Below, in pieces: positions 52,239 through 64,000 of a DNA stretch of 64,000 bases. A model generated the notes under the pieces. The model worked only from the letters and a program-made list of their open reading frames with translations. It made no database searches and was not told the origin of the DNA. Position 1 is the stretch's first letter; the number at the start of each line of letters is the position of its first letter. The translations under genes and the position numbers were made by a program. The DNA lies in contig JAPEUD010000020.1 in the NCBI GenBank assembly GCA_026026165.1, positions 62,001 through 126,000 on the forward strand. The letters run 5' to 3'. The stretch is from Sarea resinae. Lineage: Eukaryota.

Positions 52239-52846
52239 CTTCGGAGTCTGCTTCTAGTAGACAAGTCGTTGGTCAAGCCGAGTAACTTAGTGAGGTTTGA
52301 AAGATTGCTGAATGTGAGTGAAAGTGTTTCTGTAATAGTGGGGATAGTGAAGAAGTCGTAGCGACAGCCGCTGCTGGAGATTTTATAGATTGACCACTCC
52401 GATCGTCGGACCCCTTCTAATTCCGAGCAAGCCATGTGAAACTTGGGTATGATGCCATGGCTGTAAGTCACCGCTTTAGATTCACTATGGAGAGATGTCA
52501 TAGGAATGAGGCTTCCAGATGAGATGATAGCTGTGTAGACCTGTCATGTTGTTAGAGGATGGTGTGACGGGGTTTGTCATCTTTCAAATTCCGAGCCATC
52601 AGAGATAAATGTAGATGTGGGGATATTCGAAGAAAAACTTATATTGCCAACTATCGTCTCTAATGAGCTAAGTTTAGATAGTAGATGCCTCCTCAAAAAA
52701 GGGGGGAGCTTCATTCAAACTGGCTACGAGACCACTTTGAAGTCTCGTCGAAAATTGAACTTAAGAGAGCACGAAAATAAATTAGCCCGAACAAAGAAAT
52801 ACACTTGCCTCTGATGCCCGCCAATTCAGTCTGCAGACCAATTCAT

Positions 52847-54559
52847 TCAACTCGATATCTCATCGTAAGCAGGCGGTGCATCCGCCGGAGGATTCTCTAG
52901 ATCTGCCGCGACAGGAGATACATCTTGAGAGACCATTTCTGCGGAAGGCATCTCAGCAGGTCTGGAAGGCCTCACTACTGCTGGAGCTATGGTAGCAGAT
53001 TGGGCAACGGCTGGAGGACGACCACCTCTGACCTGTATTTGCTTCCCTTTCCGCCTCGACCTTGGTGCAGGTCCTGATGACGACGATGAGGACAAGGAGT
53101 CAAAAGCTGAGGGACCATACTCTGGGAACTCGAAGTCGCCGCTTTTGGATTTTTTGGATCCGGACGTTTTCGGGAAAGGGGACTTGTTCTCAATCTGAGA
53201 CTCCTCTGAGTCGGATTCGTCAGAGAAAAGATTCCTTATAGGGTTATTCTGCCTCTGTCTTGAACCTGATGGGCCCGGAGATGGTGGCGGTGATTCAAAG
53301 GCAGCCGGATCGTATTCAGGAAAACCATCATCATCTTTTTGGTGAGCGCTTTCCAGGCGTTTAGGAGTGGGCGGGAGGAAGGTTTTACCAGGTGCTGGAG
53401 CAATGTCCCCGAGTCGAGACTTGTTGGGGACACCGATAGCTTTAGGGTAGCGAGCCACCTCAGAGCCGTCATCTTTATCACTTGATGAATACTCATCATC
53501 ACCCAGGTGCGCTTCAGGACCATGAGCCGGCTCCTCGCCACTAATTTGGACTTCCTCGCCAATATATCCGTGGGGCCTTGTCAGAGCATCGCTCTCCCTC
53601 TCTTTTTGCTGCAGCTCGAGAGCAAATAGGTAATCAGCATGGAGCTGTGCGTCATTCTCTGCTATGTGTTCTTCGAGGGGGTAGTCCTCAACGAACGAGC
53701 CGGGAAAAACGGGAGCAAAGTGAGATGCAGGAGAGTGAGCCCGTTGATTAGTATTGTGTGGGACACGTCGAGAGCCTGAGGATTCGGGGGATGAAGGACG
53801 GATAGAGGATGGATTGTGAGGCTCATCACGGTGGCCTCTTCGCCGTCTCGAGCGATCGCTCTCGGGAGCCTCAACACCTTCGGTAGCCTGAGGCGATGCT
53901 CCGAGCTGACTTTGGCTCCGACGGAGGGAAGGTTCTTCTGCCGAGAGCTCTTGCTGGGTGAGACTCCAGATTGGGTTTTCTGCTCCAATAGGTATGACAT
54001 CAGCAACCAAAGGGTAATGATCCTTTTGCTGGCCCTCCCTAGAATCATCCCAGTCTCGAGCTCCATGACGAGGGATGTCTGCCTGAGAGGTAGTCAAACG
54101 GTGGCCGAAGGGTGTCAATTGGTCCTTGTGACGTGAAGCCCGTTCACGAAGCATTAACACATTGCTGTCTGCTCGTTCGGGATCTAAACCAATGGCATGG
54201 AAATACAGCCTTGGGTTCTCATACAAAGCTGAACATGCAATCAGGGGGGTCTCAGGCCCTCGAATCAAAATGGCGGCTTTCCACTCCCCATTTTTTTTGC
54301 CGTACGGGAAAACGTTATAGTCGCCAGTGTCCTGAGCATCCTCGACTATCTCTGATAGCTCTTCGCGAGGATGGCCATTGTCTTTGAGGACCTTGAAGCG
54401 ATACAGTAACTCGGGCTCAAGGATCTCCCAATGCTCGACGTCAACCAACATCATTGGGAAATCGAGGCCATCTTCGCACTGGAAAATATGCCATTCATCG
54501 GGATCTTGCTCATAAAGCAACACCGGCGGGCGATTGAACCAGATCGAACACAAAGACAT
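52847..54559 (-). CDS. Unknown protein, ~570 aa, intronless; paralog of 50535-52238
   Basis: Long uninterrupted ORF. First ATG at 54559 (MSLCSIWFNRPP) aligns with the neighbour's RIRFNRPP. Confidence 0.85.
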   Translation of the reverse strand: MSLCSIWFNRPPVLLYEQDPDEWHIFQCEDGLDFPMMLVDVEHWEILEPELLYRFKVLKDNGHPREELSEIVEDAQDTGDYNVFPYGKKNGEWKAAILIRGPETPLIACSALYENPRLYFHAIGLDPERADSNVLMLRERASRHKDQLTPFGHRLTTSQADIPRHGARDWDDSREGQQKDHYPLVADVIPIGAENPIWSLTQQELSAEEPSLRRSQSQLGASPQATEGVEAPESDRSRRRRGHRDEPHNPSSIRPSSPESSGSRRVPHNTNQRAHSPASHFAPVFPGSFVEDYPLEEHIAENDAQLHADYLFALELQQKERESDALTRPHGYIGEEVQISGEEPAHGPEAHLGDDEYSSSDKDDGSEVARYPKAIGVPNKSRLGDIAPAPGKTFLPPTPKRLESAHQKDDDGFPEYDPAAFESPPPSPGPSGSRQRQNNPIRNLFSDESDSEESQIENKSPFPKTSGSKKSKSGDFEFPEYGPSAFDSLSSSSSSGPAPRSRRKGKQIQVRGGRPPAVAQSATIAPAVVRPSRPAEMPSAEMVSQDVSPVAADLENPPADAPPAYDEISS

Positions 54560-54932
54560 GGTTGTAAGCAACCGAATGCTGAAACACGTGGTTGATGAAG
54601 CCGCGGCTGATAGGAGTGAGCGCCCTACGTGTATTTCTCTGTCCGCGTCTTGAAGATGTTTGAAGTTGCAGAGAATGGAACGAGCTTCGGGAGGCGCTTT
54701 ATGAACCGGCTACCTCCATAGCTTCCACCCTCCACCCAGCTATGTGAATTCAGTCACAAATGCGTCATAACAACACTGCATTCACTGCTGGAGGCTCACA
54801 GCCCGGTGAGGCTTACCAAATCATGGTAGGTGACGAGCTTTTGTGACGTGCTATTGTGTCGATCCCATATAATCAAACCCAATTCTAGCGTAAATGGCAT
54901 TTACCGGTAAGAAAAGGTATAGCGTTTTTCTA

Positions 54933-56245
54933 TTACGAACATGGCGTGAGAGAGCTCTTTGCCTTAGCTCTCGTGATAGACAGTATACGGATGGGCGTAG
55001 ACGTAGGATGGAAGAATCCCCTCTGCTGCTCGAGCGGCAAGACGTTGAACCAGATATCTTCGAATGAAAATTTGTTTGCTCCTGCAAGCCAAAAAGGTTA
55101 GTCCTTCGACTGCCGAGTAATTGACTGCTGACATTTGGATGACCTACGGCATGCAGAAATAAAGGCCTCGAACGTCTGTTCATTACGTATAGTCGCTGCG
55201 ATGATAACTTTGGCATAGGGGTTCAATTCCATGAGGTCACGTATTGTTGACACCAATGATGGAACTACAGAGGCGTCATAGGTCTACGAGAAGTATTAGG
55301 GCTGCTTGATGTGACTTCAGGTGGGACTTACCACATCCGCTCCAAGCACAACGTCGTAGGCTGCTGAAGCGAACGTTCCACTCCCTGCCTGAACAAGGTC
55401 TCTGCCCCACCAGAGAGCCGCTGTGTCCACTTTCTCTTCCTCTAAGCCATTGAGGGCCATGTTGACTCCAAGATCTCGGACGATCCCTTCATCACCATCC
55501 GTCGCGAGCACATGCGTTGCACCGAGATGCTTCGCGCAAAGGACGGAAAGGAATCCGGTGCCGGCACCAAGTTCCAGTACTCTTTTCCCTTGGACTAGTC
55601 GCATGCCTGCAGAAGAAGACAGGTAGGCTCCAAGACGGAGAGCTGCCTCCCAAGTCCTTAGGCCAGTCGTACCAGAAGAGGAGATAAGAGTTCGCGACTC
55701 CATAACGGTCACACTCTTGGGTTCTTCGGCGGATTCCTCGGCGGGCGGCAGCATGTAGGTCACGTACGATTTCTGCTGAGCCGAAGTGAACTCTGGAGGT
55801 AACGGTGAGGCCAATAATGTGGCAAGCCGCGAGACCAGATCATCGGAGACTTCCTGCAACCACCAAAGAGATACTGAATCAGTACAGGAAACGGAAGAGC
55901 AGTACTCCGAGAAGTATTGGCATTTTGTACAGGGCAATGCTAGACAGGAAACGACAACAAGACATTGAGAAAAGCAAAGGAAAGTCATACATCCTCCTCG
56001 GGATCGACTACGGAGCTTTCGATCCGTGCAACGAGCTCCTTCAGAACACGCAACTGATACCGTTCTGGGGGAGGATGGTGCACTTCTGTTTCGTCAAACA
56101 ATGTTGCATACAACACAGACTGAAAAGCAGAGTTTCTCAAAGAGTCAGTAGAGGGAAAAGCCAGTAAGTCGACATTGAGCAATTGAGCATATTGGCGATG
56201 GAACAAGCTGAGCTGTTCACTCTGCTGGGGAGGAAGAAGCGACAT
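54933..56245 (-). CDS. EFM3: eEF2 lysine methyltransferase (Efm3/EEF2KMT family), 4 exons
   Basis: FHRQYAQL, PPERYQLRVLKEL, KSYVTY, GTTGLRTWEAAL, VLELGAGTG (SAM motif I), VLATDG, LGADVTYD and IAATIRNEQTF. Confidence 0.92.
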
Positions 56246-56471
56246 CCGGAGTAGATGATATAGCAGCCACGGCTGGCATTAATATTCGGTGATTATATAA
56301 AATGGGTGTGTCGAAGCTGTCCTTCGACAGCCATCCATCTCTATAAGAAGGTATGGCAGGTATGGTTGTTAAAGTCTGAATATAGGGAGCTTGGCCATCG
56401 ACTGACCCGCTGTCAATATCAAACATCGCGCAGTTGAGACGCATGGATGGTCATTGATTAGTAAGGCGTTG

Positions 56472-56540
56472 AACCCTAAAGATCGCTTAGATAAGGTACC
56501 TAAGGTAAGTACTTCGTCGAACTTAGGGCAAGCTAGGGCA
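56472..56540. promoter_or_regulatory. Tbf1-type TAGGG elements in the EFM3/RPS24 divergent promoter
   Basis: AACCCTAA (56472), TTAGGGCA (56523) and CTAGGGCA (56533) lie upstream of a ribosomal protein gene. TTAGGGC-like sites are known from fungal RP promoters; function here is inferred. Confidence 0.5.
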
Positions 56541-56781
56541 TTTCTCGCCAAGCCAGAGGATCAGCCGCACACTGCACGCAAGTCAAATCGGGCACCACGC
56601 AAAGGCTAAGCGAGAATTGAATTGCACGTCGATATCGCCAGCCGCCAACGACAATCCATCGACGCCTCTTCAACCCTCGCGACCCGTCGACAATACACCA
56701 CCAGCCAAACCTCCATCTCTGGAAGCAGCAGAGAAGGACAGGACAGGACATATCGGATCGATATCCACAGAAGTCGCAACC

Positions 56782-57390
56782 ATGGCCGACGCACCCGTCA
56801 CTCTGCGAACGCGCAAGTTCATCCGGAACCCGCTGCTCGCCAGGAAGCAGATGGTCGTGTAAGTCCATCCATCTAGCCACTCCTTTGCTGCCAAACGACG
56901 GAGACGCATCACCAGAGGCAGAATATGTAGAAATGGCATTCTGACAAGACGATCGCTTTGACAGTGACATCCTCCACCCCAACCGCCCCAACATCTCCAA
57001 GGACGAACTCCGCGCCAAGCTCGCCGAGCTCTACAAGGCCAGCCAGGACCAAGTCAACGTCTTCGGTCTCCGAACGCAGTATGGTGGTGGCAAGACGACC
57101 GGATTCGCCCTCATCTACGACTCGAACGAGGCCTTGAAGAAATTCGAGCCCCACTACAGATTGGTCCGCATCGGTGCCGCGAACAAGATCGAGAAGGCCA
57201 GCAGACAACAGCGTACGTACAGCCATCACAAGCTATGCGGGCAGGAAGAAGAAGAATGGTGGAACATTGCGGAGAAAGAGCATGAACTGACGGCCATCCG
57301 TGATATACAGGCAAGCAACGCAAGAACCGAAGCAAGGAGTTCCGGGGTACGGCGAAGACAAAGGGTGCCAAGAAGGGCAAGAAGGAATAA
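56782..57390 (+). CDS. RPS24: 40S ribosomal protein eS24 (3 exons)
   Basis: [50 protein letters not shown]...[21 protein letters not shown]...[29 protein letters not shown]. Confidence 0.98.
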
Positions 57391-58508
57391 GCGGTTTCAT
57401 GAAGTGGTGCTGTCCGTTGTTGTCGTCGAGGGTTTGGTGGAACGTTTGCTGGGGGAAAACTTTACTCGCAGTTGGACTGTGGGAAACAACATCAATCATG
57501 TGTACTTATGCGCATATTTGAAAAACGATCCTCTTACTCACCGCCCTCGAGATCCTGTGATTGTGTGTCTCCTCTCCGGAAGGCAAGGGTTTTCAAGCAG
57601 TTGATCGCAGGGAGGCATCATGTCGCCATCCTGTGCAGGCCGCTGCTAACTAGTACCGAAATCTCGAGACCTTATATTTGACGCTGATATTCCAGATGCC
57701 CACTCAAGATCTCACACTCTAAGCTTCGCCCGTATCCAGGCTCCAGGCCGGTGCCAACTTCGGACGAACCTATTATTACCAGCGGATGTGATGGGCCATC
57801 GAAATCAGGACCACAGCAGTCCAGACAATTTACCTGAACCTCCCCTCTGATCGCCCAGCCACGATTCCTATGTGATTTGGCCTCCACGACTGCTATACAT
57901 ATTCTAATACTGATACCAATGCCAGTACTGATACCAATACCAAGGGCGACGTAAAATCACACACACACAGAGAGAGAAAGAGAGCGAGCCTGAGAGCTCC
58001 AGTAAGCTCCAACAAATCTTCCAATACAATAAAGCCTACCCAAACACCATTGAAATCCAGCCCTGGATTAAGACCACTGTTCATAAATTACCATCACTAT
58101 CACTAATTTGTTGCCGATTAGAATGTTGTCAAGTACCTTACGTCCCACCTAAAACTCCAAACCCGCCCCGGTCTGAGAAAAAATAGACATTGATAGAGGC
58201 TTGTGATACTTATTAGACGAGAATCCTGATAACGGTGTTTCTATCCATCGTTTATAATAGAGGGAATAGCAAATTGGGGTATCTTATTTACGTAGATAAA
58301 CGGAAAATAACCTATCTACCTACCTGAGTCACTCGAGTCCCTCCTTCGCGCCGCGTTGTAGTGGCCGTGCTACCCAGTAGACTTAAAAAAATAAACCGTG
58401 AATAAAGAGAAGGAGAAATCCTTTCGAAAGCATTAGGGGTATTCCAGCCCCGAGACATATCGCTCTTCCTCGACCGAGATTTGTAAAGAATTAGAAAAAA
58501 GCATTTCA

Positions 58509-60622
58509 TCAGCCATATCGCACTCTCTTCGCGCCCCTCGAATTCTCAGGGAAGCGGAAGGATACCACGACTCCCATCTTCCGTGCCATCTGTACCGCGT
58601 CAAGGCCAACCGAAACGCAGCCGTCCAGATTCAGGTATTCTATCCTCTTTCTCTCGACTTCTTCATCGTCTTCTTCATTCACAAGTCCTTCCTCATTGTC
58701 ATCAACGTCCCCACCTGCGTTGACGACATAGTGCTTTTGGAGAGAATCCTGGTCGGTATGTTTGAGAACCAAAGCCTTGATGCCGACGCCCGTGACGCGA
58801 GTATGCGAGATATCAAGGCTTTGAAGGCAGGGTGCCAAATCGGCGAGATAGAAACAGTACTTGTCCCCGAAGTCTTGATTACCCGCAAGGGATAGGTGGG
58901 AGAGATGGGATATGAAGGGGTAAGTAAAAAAGTATTCGAGGCCAGGCCCATGGATCAGCTCACATCGCGAAAGCGACAGGCTCGTCAAGTTGCCGCCAAC
59001 CACACACCTTCCTTCGATCCTGACCCTAAGCAGCTCATTCAGGGTATCAATACCTAAAACTTTGCTATCGTCACAAACCAATGATTTTAGGTTCACCAAC
59101 GACGTGCCGTTAAGGTCTCGCTCCATGTCGTTAGACGGAAGATGCAGGGACCACATGTCTGAGAGAGTGAGGTTGACGAGAGATGGTGGAAGACGAGGAA
59201 AACCGAGTAAAGGGATCGCAGTAAGAACTAAGGATGTCAGGCGGGTGAGGTGAAGGCCATCAAACGGAAAGCCGGTGGTCTTCTTCGCCCAGTTGGTGAG
59301 GTAGAGGGTGGTTACATTTGGAATAAGAGGCAGGAGCTCGCTCTGTAGGGACATTAGAAAGTTCAACGCTTGGTCTTGTGGCCTTTTGATGTGAGAGATC
59401 AGAAAGTCTACGTACGAGGTTCAAAGCACGACTTTGTGGGTTTTGTCTTGGTCCACCGCCCAGTCGGAGGACTTGCAGATTTCCCATCATCGAACTCCAC
59501 CGCGCATAGGTGCCAGAAGAGTAGACCGACGGAAACTCTGCTCGTACCATACTTTTCGAATTGTTCAGTATCTGGGTCACGCTATCCAAGGTGATCTCAG
59601 TATCGTTTCCGAGAATCAAAGTATGTAGATTGCGCGCCAGCGGTACAGCTTCTACTACGGAAGCGCCCGAAAATCCGCTCCGGATGTCTAGGTATTCGAG
59701 CTTCCTGCATGCTGATGTAAGTGTTTTGAGGATGTTGCTGTCTTGGACAGCGACGCGATTCAGGGTTGCACTGATCATAGTGTCCTTGGATCGGCGAATG
59801 CAGGCACGAATAGCACTTAAGCGAACAGGCTTTCTGGCGATGGATAGATCCAGGTGGGACCAGAGGGATGGGAGGGAGGAGAGAAGCATGTTCCATCCTT
59901 TCGACACGCGAAGGCAACGTCTGCGTAAGGTATATAGTTAGATGGGAGCATGATTGGAGACAATCGAAACTTACACGATATTCTTGAAGTCGAGCTCTTT
60001 CATGATCAGCTCGGCCAGCTCGAGAGGAAGCATGGACAAAGGGTCTTTGGCGTTCTTGGGCTTCAATCTTGAAGCAACTTTACGCTCCATTGCTCTTAGG
60101 AGCTGATCAAAGCTATCAGATCGGCTCATCGTCGAGAAAGCCAGCATGAGGGCTTACCTCATAGTGTGGATCATCTGATGGCACATTGCGGAGTCCATAT
60201 TGATAAACATTGAGGGCCACTTCAGGCTTCTCCATATTCAGAAGTATCTTGCCGACTCGTAGATAGCCCTGATCATTTCGATTAGGATCTGCCAGCTCTC
60301 GAAGGACAATGTGTAGGAGCGTACGTTGATGCAGGCCTTTTCCAGCTGAATCATGCGCCTGGCATCTCGCAAGGCAGCTGTGAGATCGTCCAGTTTTTCG
60401 TGAGTGGCAGCACGATTGTCCAGGACAAGGACCTGACTGTCTTCGGCCAATTCTAGAGACTTGATCGGATCAGCTGCCTGCCTTCAGTGATTTGATTAAT
60501 CCATGGATTGCTGTACTCACGACGGTGAATGCTTTGAGAGCTTCCTTATAATCCTTACGTCGGTAGTACTGCTGTCCAAGTTTTTGAGCTTCGCTGGAAG
60601 ACAACGATCGATAGAGATCCAT
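58509..60622 (-). CDS. TPR + F-box + LRR protein (Pof3/Dia2-like SCF substrate adaptor), multi-exon
   Basis: N-terminal TPR (LGQQYYRRKDYKEALKAF; LDNRAATHEKL...ALRDARRMIQL), F-box DPLSMLPLELAELIMKELDF...VSKGW...LW.HLDLS, and C-terminal LRRs (LTSLSLSRC, LQSLDISHTRVTGVGIK). Confidence 0.85.
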
Positions 60623-61033
60623 GGTTCAGGAGAGACATCGATCTCAATAGACACGCATACGCTTGTCGTACTTTGGAGGAATGAATAGTATTGATATCTA
60701 CTCGGAGTAGTATTACGTGGGGAAGGTGAGTGTTCGCAGGTATCCGGATGACGCGACGGGGAGACGCGCCGATAAGAGTTGGGTACGGCAGCCGGAGCGG
60801 CAATCTATAACAAGATCTCTACTCCGGAGTAAGCTCCAGCTTTGAAGTGGCAGCCAATGCGCATTCCGAGCTGGTTGTCACCGATTTCTTACGCGCAGTG
60901 TTCCCTCTCTGGTCGCTGAAGCTTTTGTTGATCAAGACTCCATCTGATCGTATTCCTTCCACGATACCATCTTCGCTCGAAAACGTCTTGTGTCTCTGAG
61001 CCAGCTTCAATTGCGGCCAGGCCTCAAAGCAGC

Positions 61034-63257
61034 ATGACCAGCATTGACGATCTGTTCAAGGTGGGTGAATTTGGGTTCTCGCTCGAATGCCGTACTGATA
61101 CTACGTCCTAGAAACCCTCCTCAAATGGGAACAAGAGAAAGCTAGACACAAGTCGAGATCCAAGTACAAACCCCCCAGATCCATGCAGACAACGAAGACT
61201 CACGGACAGCAGATGAAATATACAAGTCTACGAAACTAGAGATCAATGGAGATGCAAAAGGGAAGGGGCGTGCCACCGTTGAGGAGGAGGAGGATGATGA
61301 TGACGGCTTCGCGGGTCCGGATCTTCCTCCTGACGACCTTGCCCCGGATGACGAAGATGGGCGCTTTTTTGGTGGAGGGATCACCAACAACACTGCCGAC
61401 ATACTGGATTACATTGATGAACGAGACAAAGATGATGCCAATGTGAGTCATTGATTGGTGCATTATGGACCTTGTTTGTCTGACCGCGCTTCAGCCAGAA
61501 AATATCGACTTGGCATGGGTCCGCAAGCTTGCTTTGAATTTTGAGAAGCGCATCTCCAAAAATGCGGAGCTCAGAGCGAAGTTCGAAGACGATCCTCAAA
61601 AGTGGGCATCCAAACTACGCTCATCGCGTTTCTTGATACACTTTACAGTACTAATTTCAAGCAGGTTCATGGGCTCCGAAGCAGACCTTGATGCGGATAT
61701 TAAAACGCTATCGATCCTAGCGGAGCACCCAGAATTATACGAAGAGTTTTGTAAACTTGGATGCGTGAACTCGCTTATCAGCTTGCTTGCCCACGAGAAC
61801 ACTGATATCGCTATCGGTGTTATCGAGATCATTGACGAACTGACTGATGAGGATGTCGAGGCGGAGCAAGCGCAGTGGGATATATTGGTCAACTCTATGG
61901 TAAGCTGCGCTTTCATGCGGTGGAATTAATTACTAAGGGGCTTGCAGCTTGAGGCAGATCTTCTAGATCTCCTGATTCAAAATCTTTCTCGTCTTAACGA
62001 GGATACAGAATCGGACAGGAACGGTGTTTACCACTCTTTAGGTAGATACTCACTCTCGAAATTTCCCTTCACAGGCTGATGAGTCAAAGGCATATTGGAG
62101 AACCTCTCATCGCAAACGGCTATTGCAGACAAGATTGGACAAGATACATCTATCATGCCATGGCTGTTGAGCCGAATGCAAAAGCGAGAATCCCCAGTGG
62201 GACAAAATAAACAATATGCCGCCGAAGTCCTCGCCATACTACTTCAAACATCTCTCCTCAACCGAAAGCGCCTCGTCGAGCTTGATGGCTTGGATGCTCT
62301 GCTGCAGCTCGTGAGTGGGTATCGTAAGAGGGACCCGGCAAAGGGGACAGAGGAAGAGGAATTTGTGGAAAATGTATTTGATTGTCTCACATGCGTAGTG
62401 GACGAACCAGAAGGCAAAACAAAATTCATTGAAGCTGAAGGTGTCGAGCTCTGTCTCATAATGCTCCGGGAGGGCAAGATGAGCAAACCCCGGGCGCTGC
62501 GAGTACTTGACCATACATTGGGAGGTCAATATGGAGGTGATGCCTGCGACAAACTAGTGGAGGCGGCAGGTCTGAAGACTGTTTTTGGAATGTTCATGAA
62601 AAAGGTGATTTTGCTGTTTCAAACGTCTCAGACAATCTTAAGGGTCGCTGACTTGGGCAACACAGCATGACAATCAATCCACCGAGCACCTTCTCGGGAT
62701 CTTCTCGTCTCTGCTGAGACTTTTACCGGGGAACTCAGCTGGCAGGATACGGACACTGGCGAAATTCGTGGAGAAAGAATATGAGAAAATAACAAAGTTG
62801 ATCAAGATACGAAGGGATTATGCCACAAGACTGGCAGCTGTGGATCAAGTAATCGCGCGGGAAAGAGCCAGCCTCAGTGCTGAGGACCAAGAAGACATGG
62901 CAGATGAATGGTTCTCTAGGAGGTTAGATGCCGGACTTTTCTGCTTACAGGTTTGCTTATTCGCCGTTCTCCCCTCGATGCTTACTGATCCTTTTCAGAC
63001 GATTGATGTAATCCTGGCATGGCTTGTAGCGGAGGACGATGGGGCCAGAACACGCATCATAGCGCTCTTGGCCGAGCGGGATGAATCACTTGCGGAAGTC
63101 AAAAGAACATTGCAAGGTAGGCCACTCAATCATGCCTGAGGGTGAATTTCATCGACTCACTTCGTTTCTAGAACAACTCGAGAGCATCACGGGTGAAGGC
63201 GAAGGTGACGAGCAGTTGGTCAAGGACATGTTGAGCACTTTGATTAGCTTCTTATGA
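61034..63257 (+). CDS. CTNNBL1: Beta-catenin-like protein 1 (Prp19/CDC5L-associated spliceosomal ARM protein), multi-exon
   Basis: MTSIDDLFK..., DEDGRFFGGG, FEKRISKNAELRAKFEDDPQKFMGSEADLD, LLAHENTDIAI, NKQYAAEVLAILLQ, EEEFVENVFDCL, RRLDAGLFCLQ; ends MLSTLISFL*. Confidence 0.95.
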
Positions 63258-63839
63258 GACGGAATGAAGGCTTTCTCTGAAGAAAAGAGCTGTAAGATTA
63301 GAAGACAATTTCAAGTGCTTAGGAAGCTTCCTATGCCTGCCTATGCTGTAAAACACCAACTGAATCGACTACTCCCTTTATTGTATCTTTAATCACCAGT
63401 GAATTCTGCGTATATGGTCTCCCTCGTGTGCGTCAACGGTCGTGCACGTCGCTCTATACCTTACCGTACAGGGCGTGCACCTTTGACCGGCTGAGTCACG
63501 TGTTGAGACGTTGCTGGGGGCTAGAACTCACAGCTCGGCTTTCAAAGAACTCGCGCCTCAGTTGCCTCATTCATCACTGCGCCCAAAATCACCGACCCAT
63601 CTACCCTCACCTCAACCTCCATCACTTGCTGCTTGCTTGGAGCGGAAGCACGCAGTCTCTTGATCAAAAGCGCTCATCCACCGTTGTGCGCTGTATGTGA
63701 ACGGAGACGGAGACAACTTGAAGTCTTGTGAGGCTTCCTTCATCTCTCTCCTGCGCGCGCCACCCTCACTGGCCATTGCCACCGACTTCTCCCACCTTCG
63801 TTGAGCGCTTCGACTGCAGCCTTGGATAATCGGGACAAG

Positions 63840-64000
63840 ATGGATAGCTATGCTGAGCCTTATGAGGATGGATACTACGGTGAGGAAGAGGACGATGGGG
63901 TCACGGCTGAGGACTGCTGGACGGTCATCTCGTCGTTCTTTGAATCCAAAGGTCTTGTCTCGCAACAGCTTGACTCCTTTGACGAGTTTGTTACCACTAC
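63840..64000 (+). CDS. RPB2: RNA polymerase II second-largest subunit, 5' end (truncated by window)
   Basis: [53 protein letters not shown] is the conserved Rpb2 N-terminus. Confidence 0.95.
   Translation, partial: MDSYAEPYEDGYYGEEEDDGVTAEDCWTVISSFFESKGLVSQQLDSFDEFVTT

Noticed and set aside
55215..55235. tRNA T-loop-like GGTTCAATTCC
   Set aside because: It lies inside an EFM3 exon with no cloverleaf context.

Overview
Eukaryotic, intron-rich fungal DNA (filamentous ascomycete, Pezizomycotina-like, judged from gene content and GT-AG introns with CTRAC branch sites). Both flanks carry housekeeping genes. Left: 3' end of CMS1, a CFEM protein, SED5, an Fyv8-like protein, RRP7 and a Tfb6-like protein. 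Right: a 17-exon DMC1, a GIS2/CNBP-like zinc-knuckle gene, a cyclophilin-RRM (PPIL4-like), a Zn2Cys6 factor, EFM3, RPS24, a TPR/F-box/LRR gene, CTNNBL1 and the start of RPB2. Two things stand out. (1) A ~19.5 kb island (~16.2-35.7 kb) between the Tfb6-like gene and DMC1 has no intact gene. It holds protein-like fragments broken by stops, local repeats and LTR-like remnants. At its right end is a divergent histone H3-like pseudogene with a lengthened loop 1, inactivated by RIP-type mutations and missed by the ORF track. (2) A tandem pair of intronless, unrecognised paralogs (50.5-54.6 kb) share an N-terminal domain, repeated FPxYDP motifs and a terminal PPxY motif. All calls come from manual translation and motif recognition; no searches were run.
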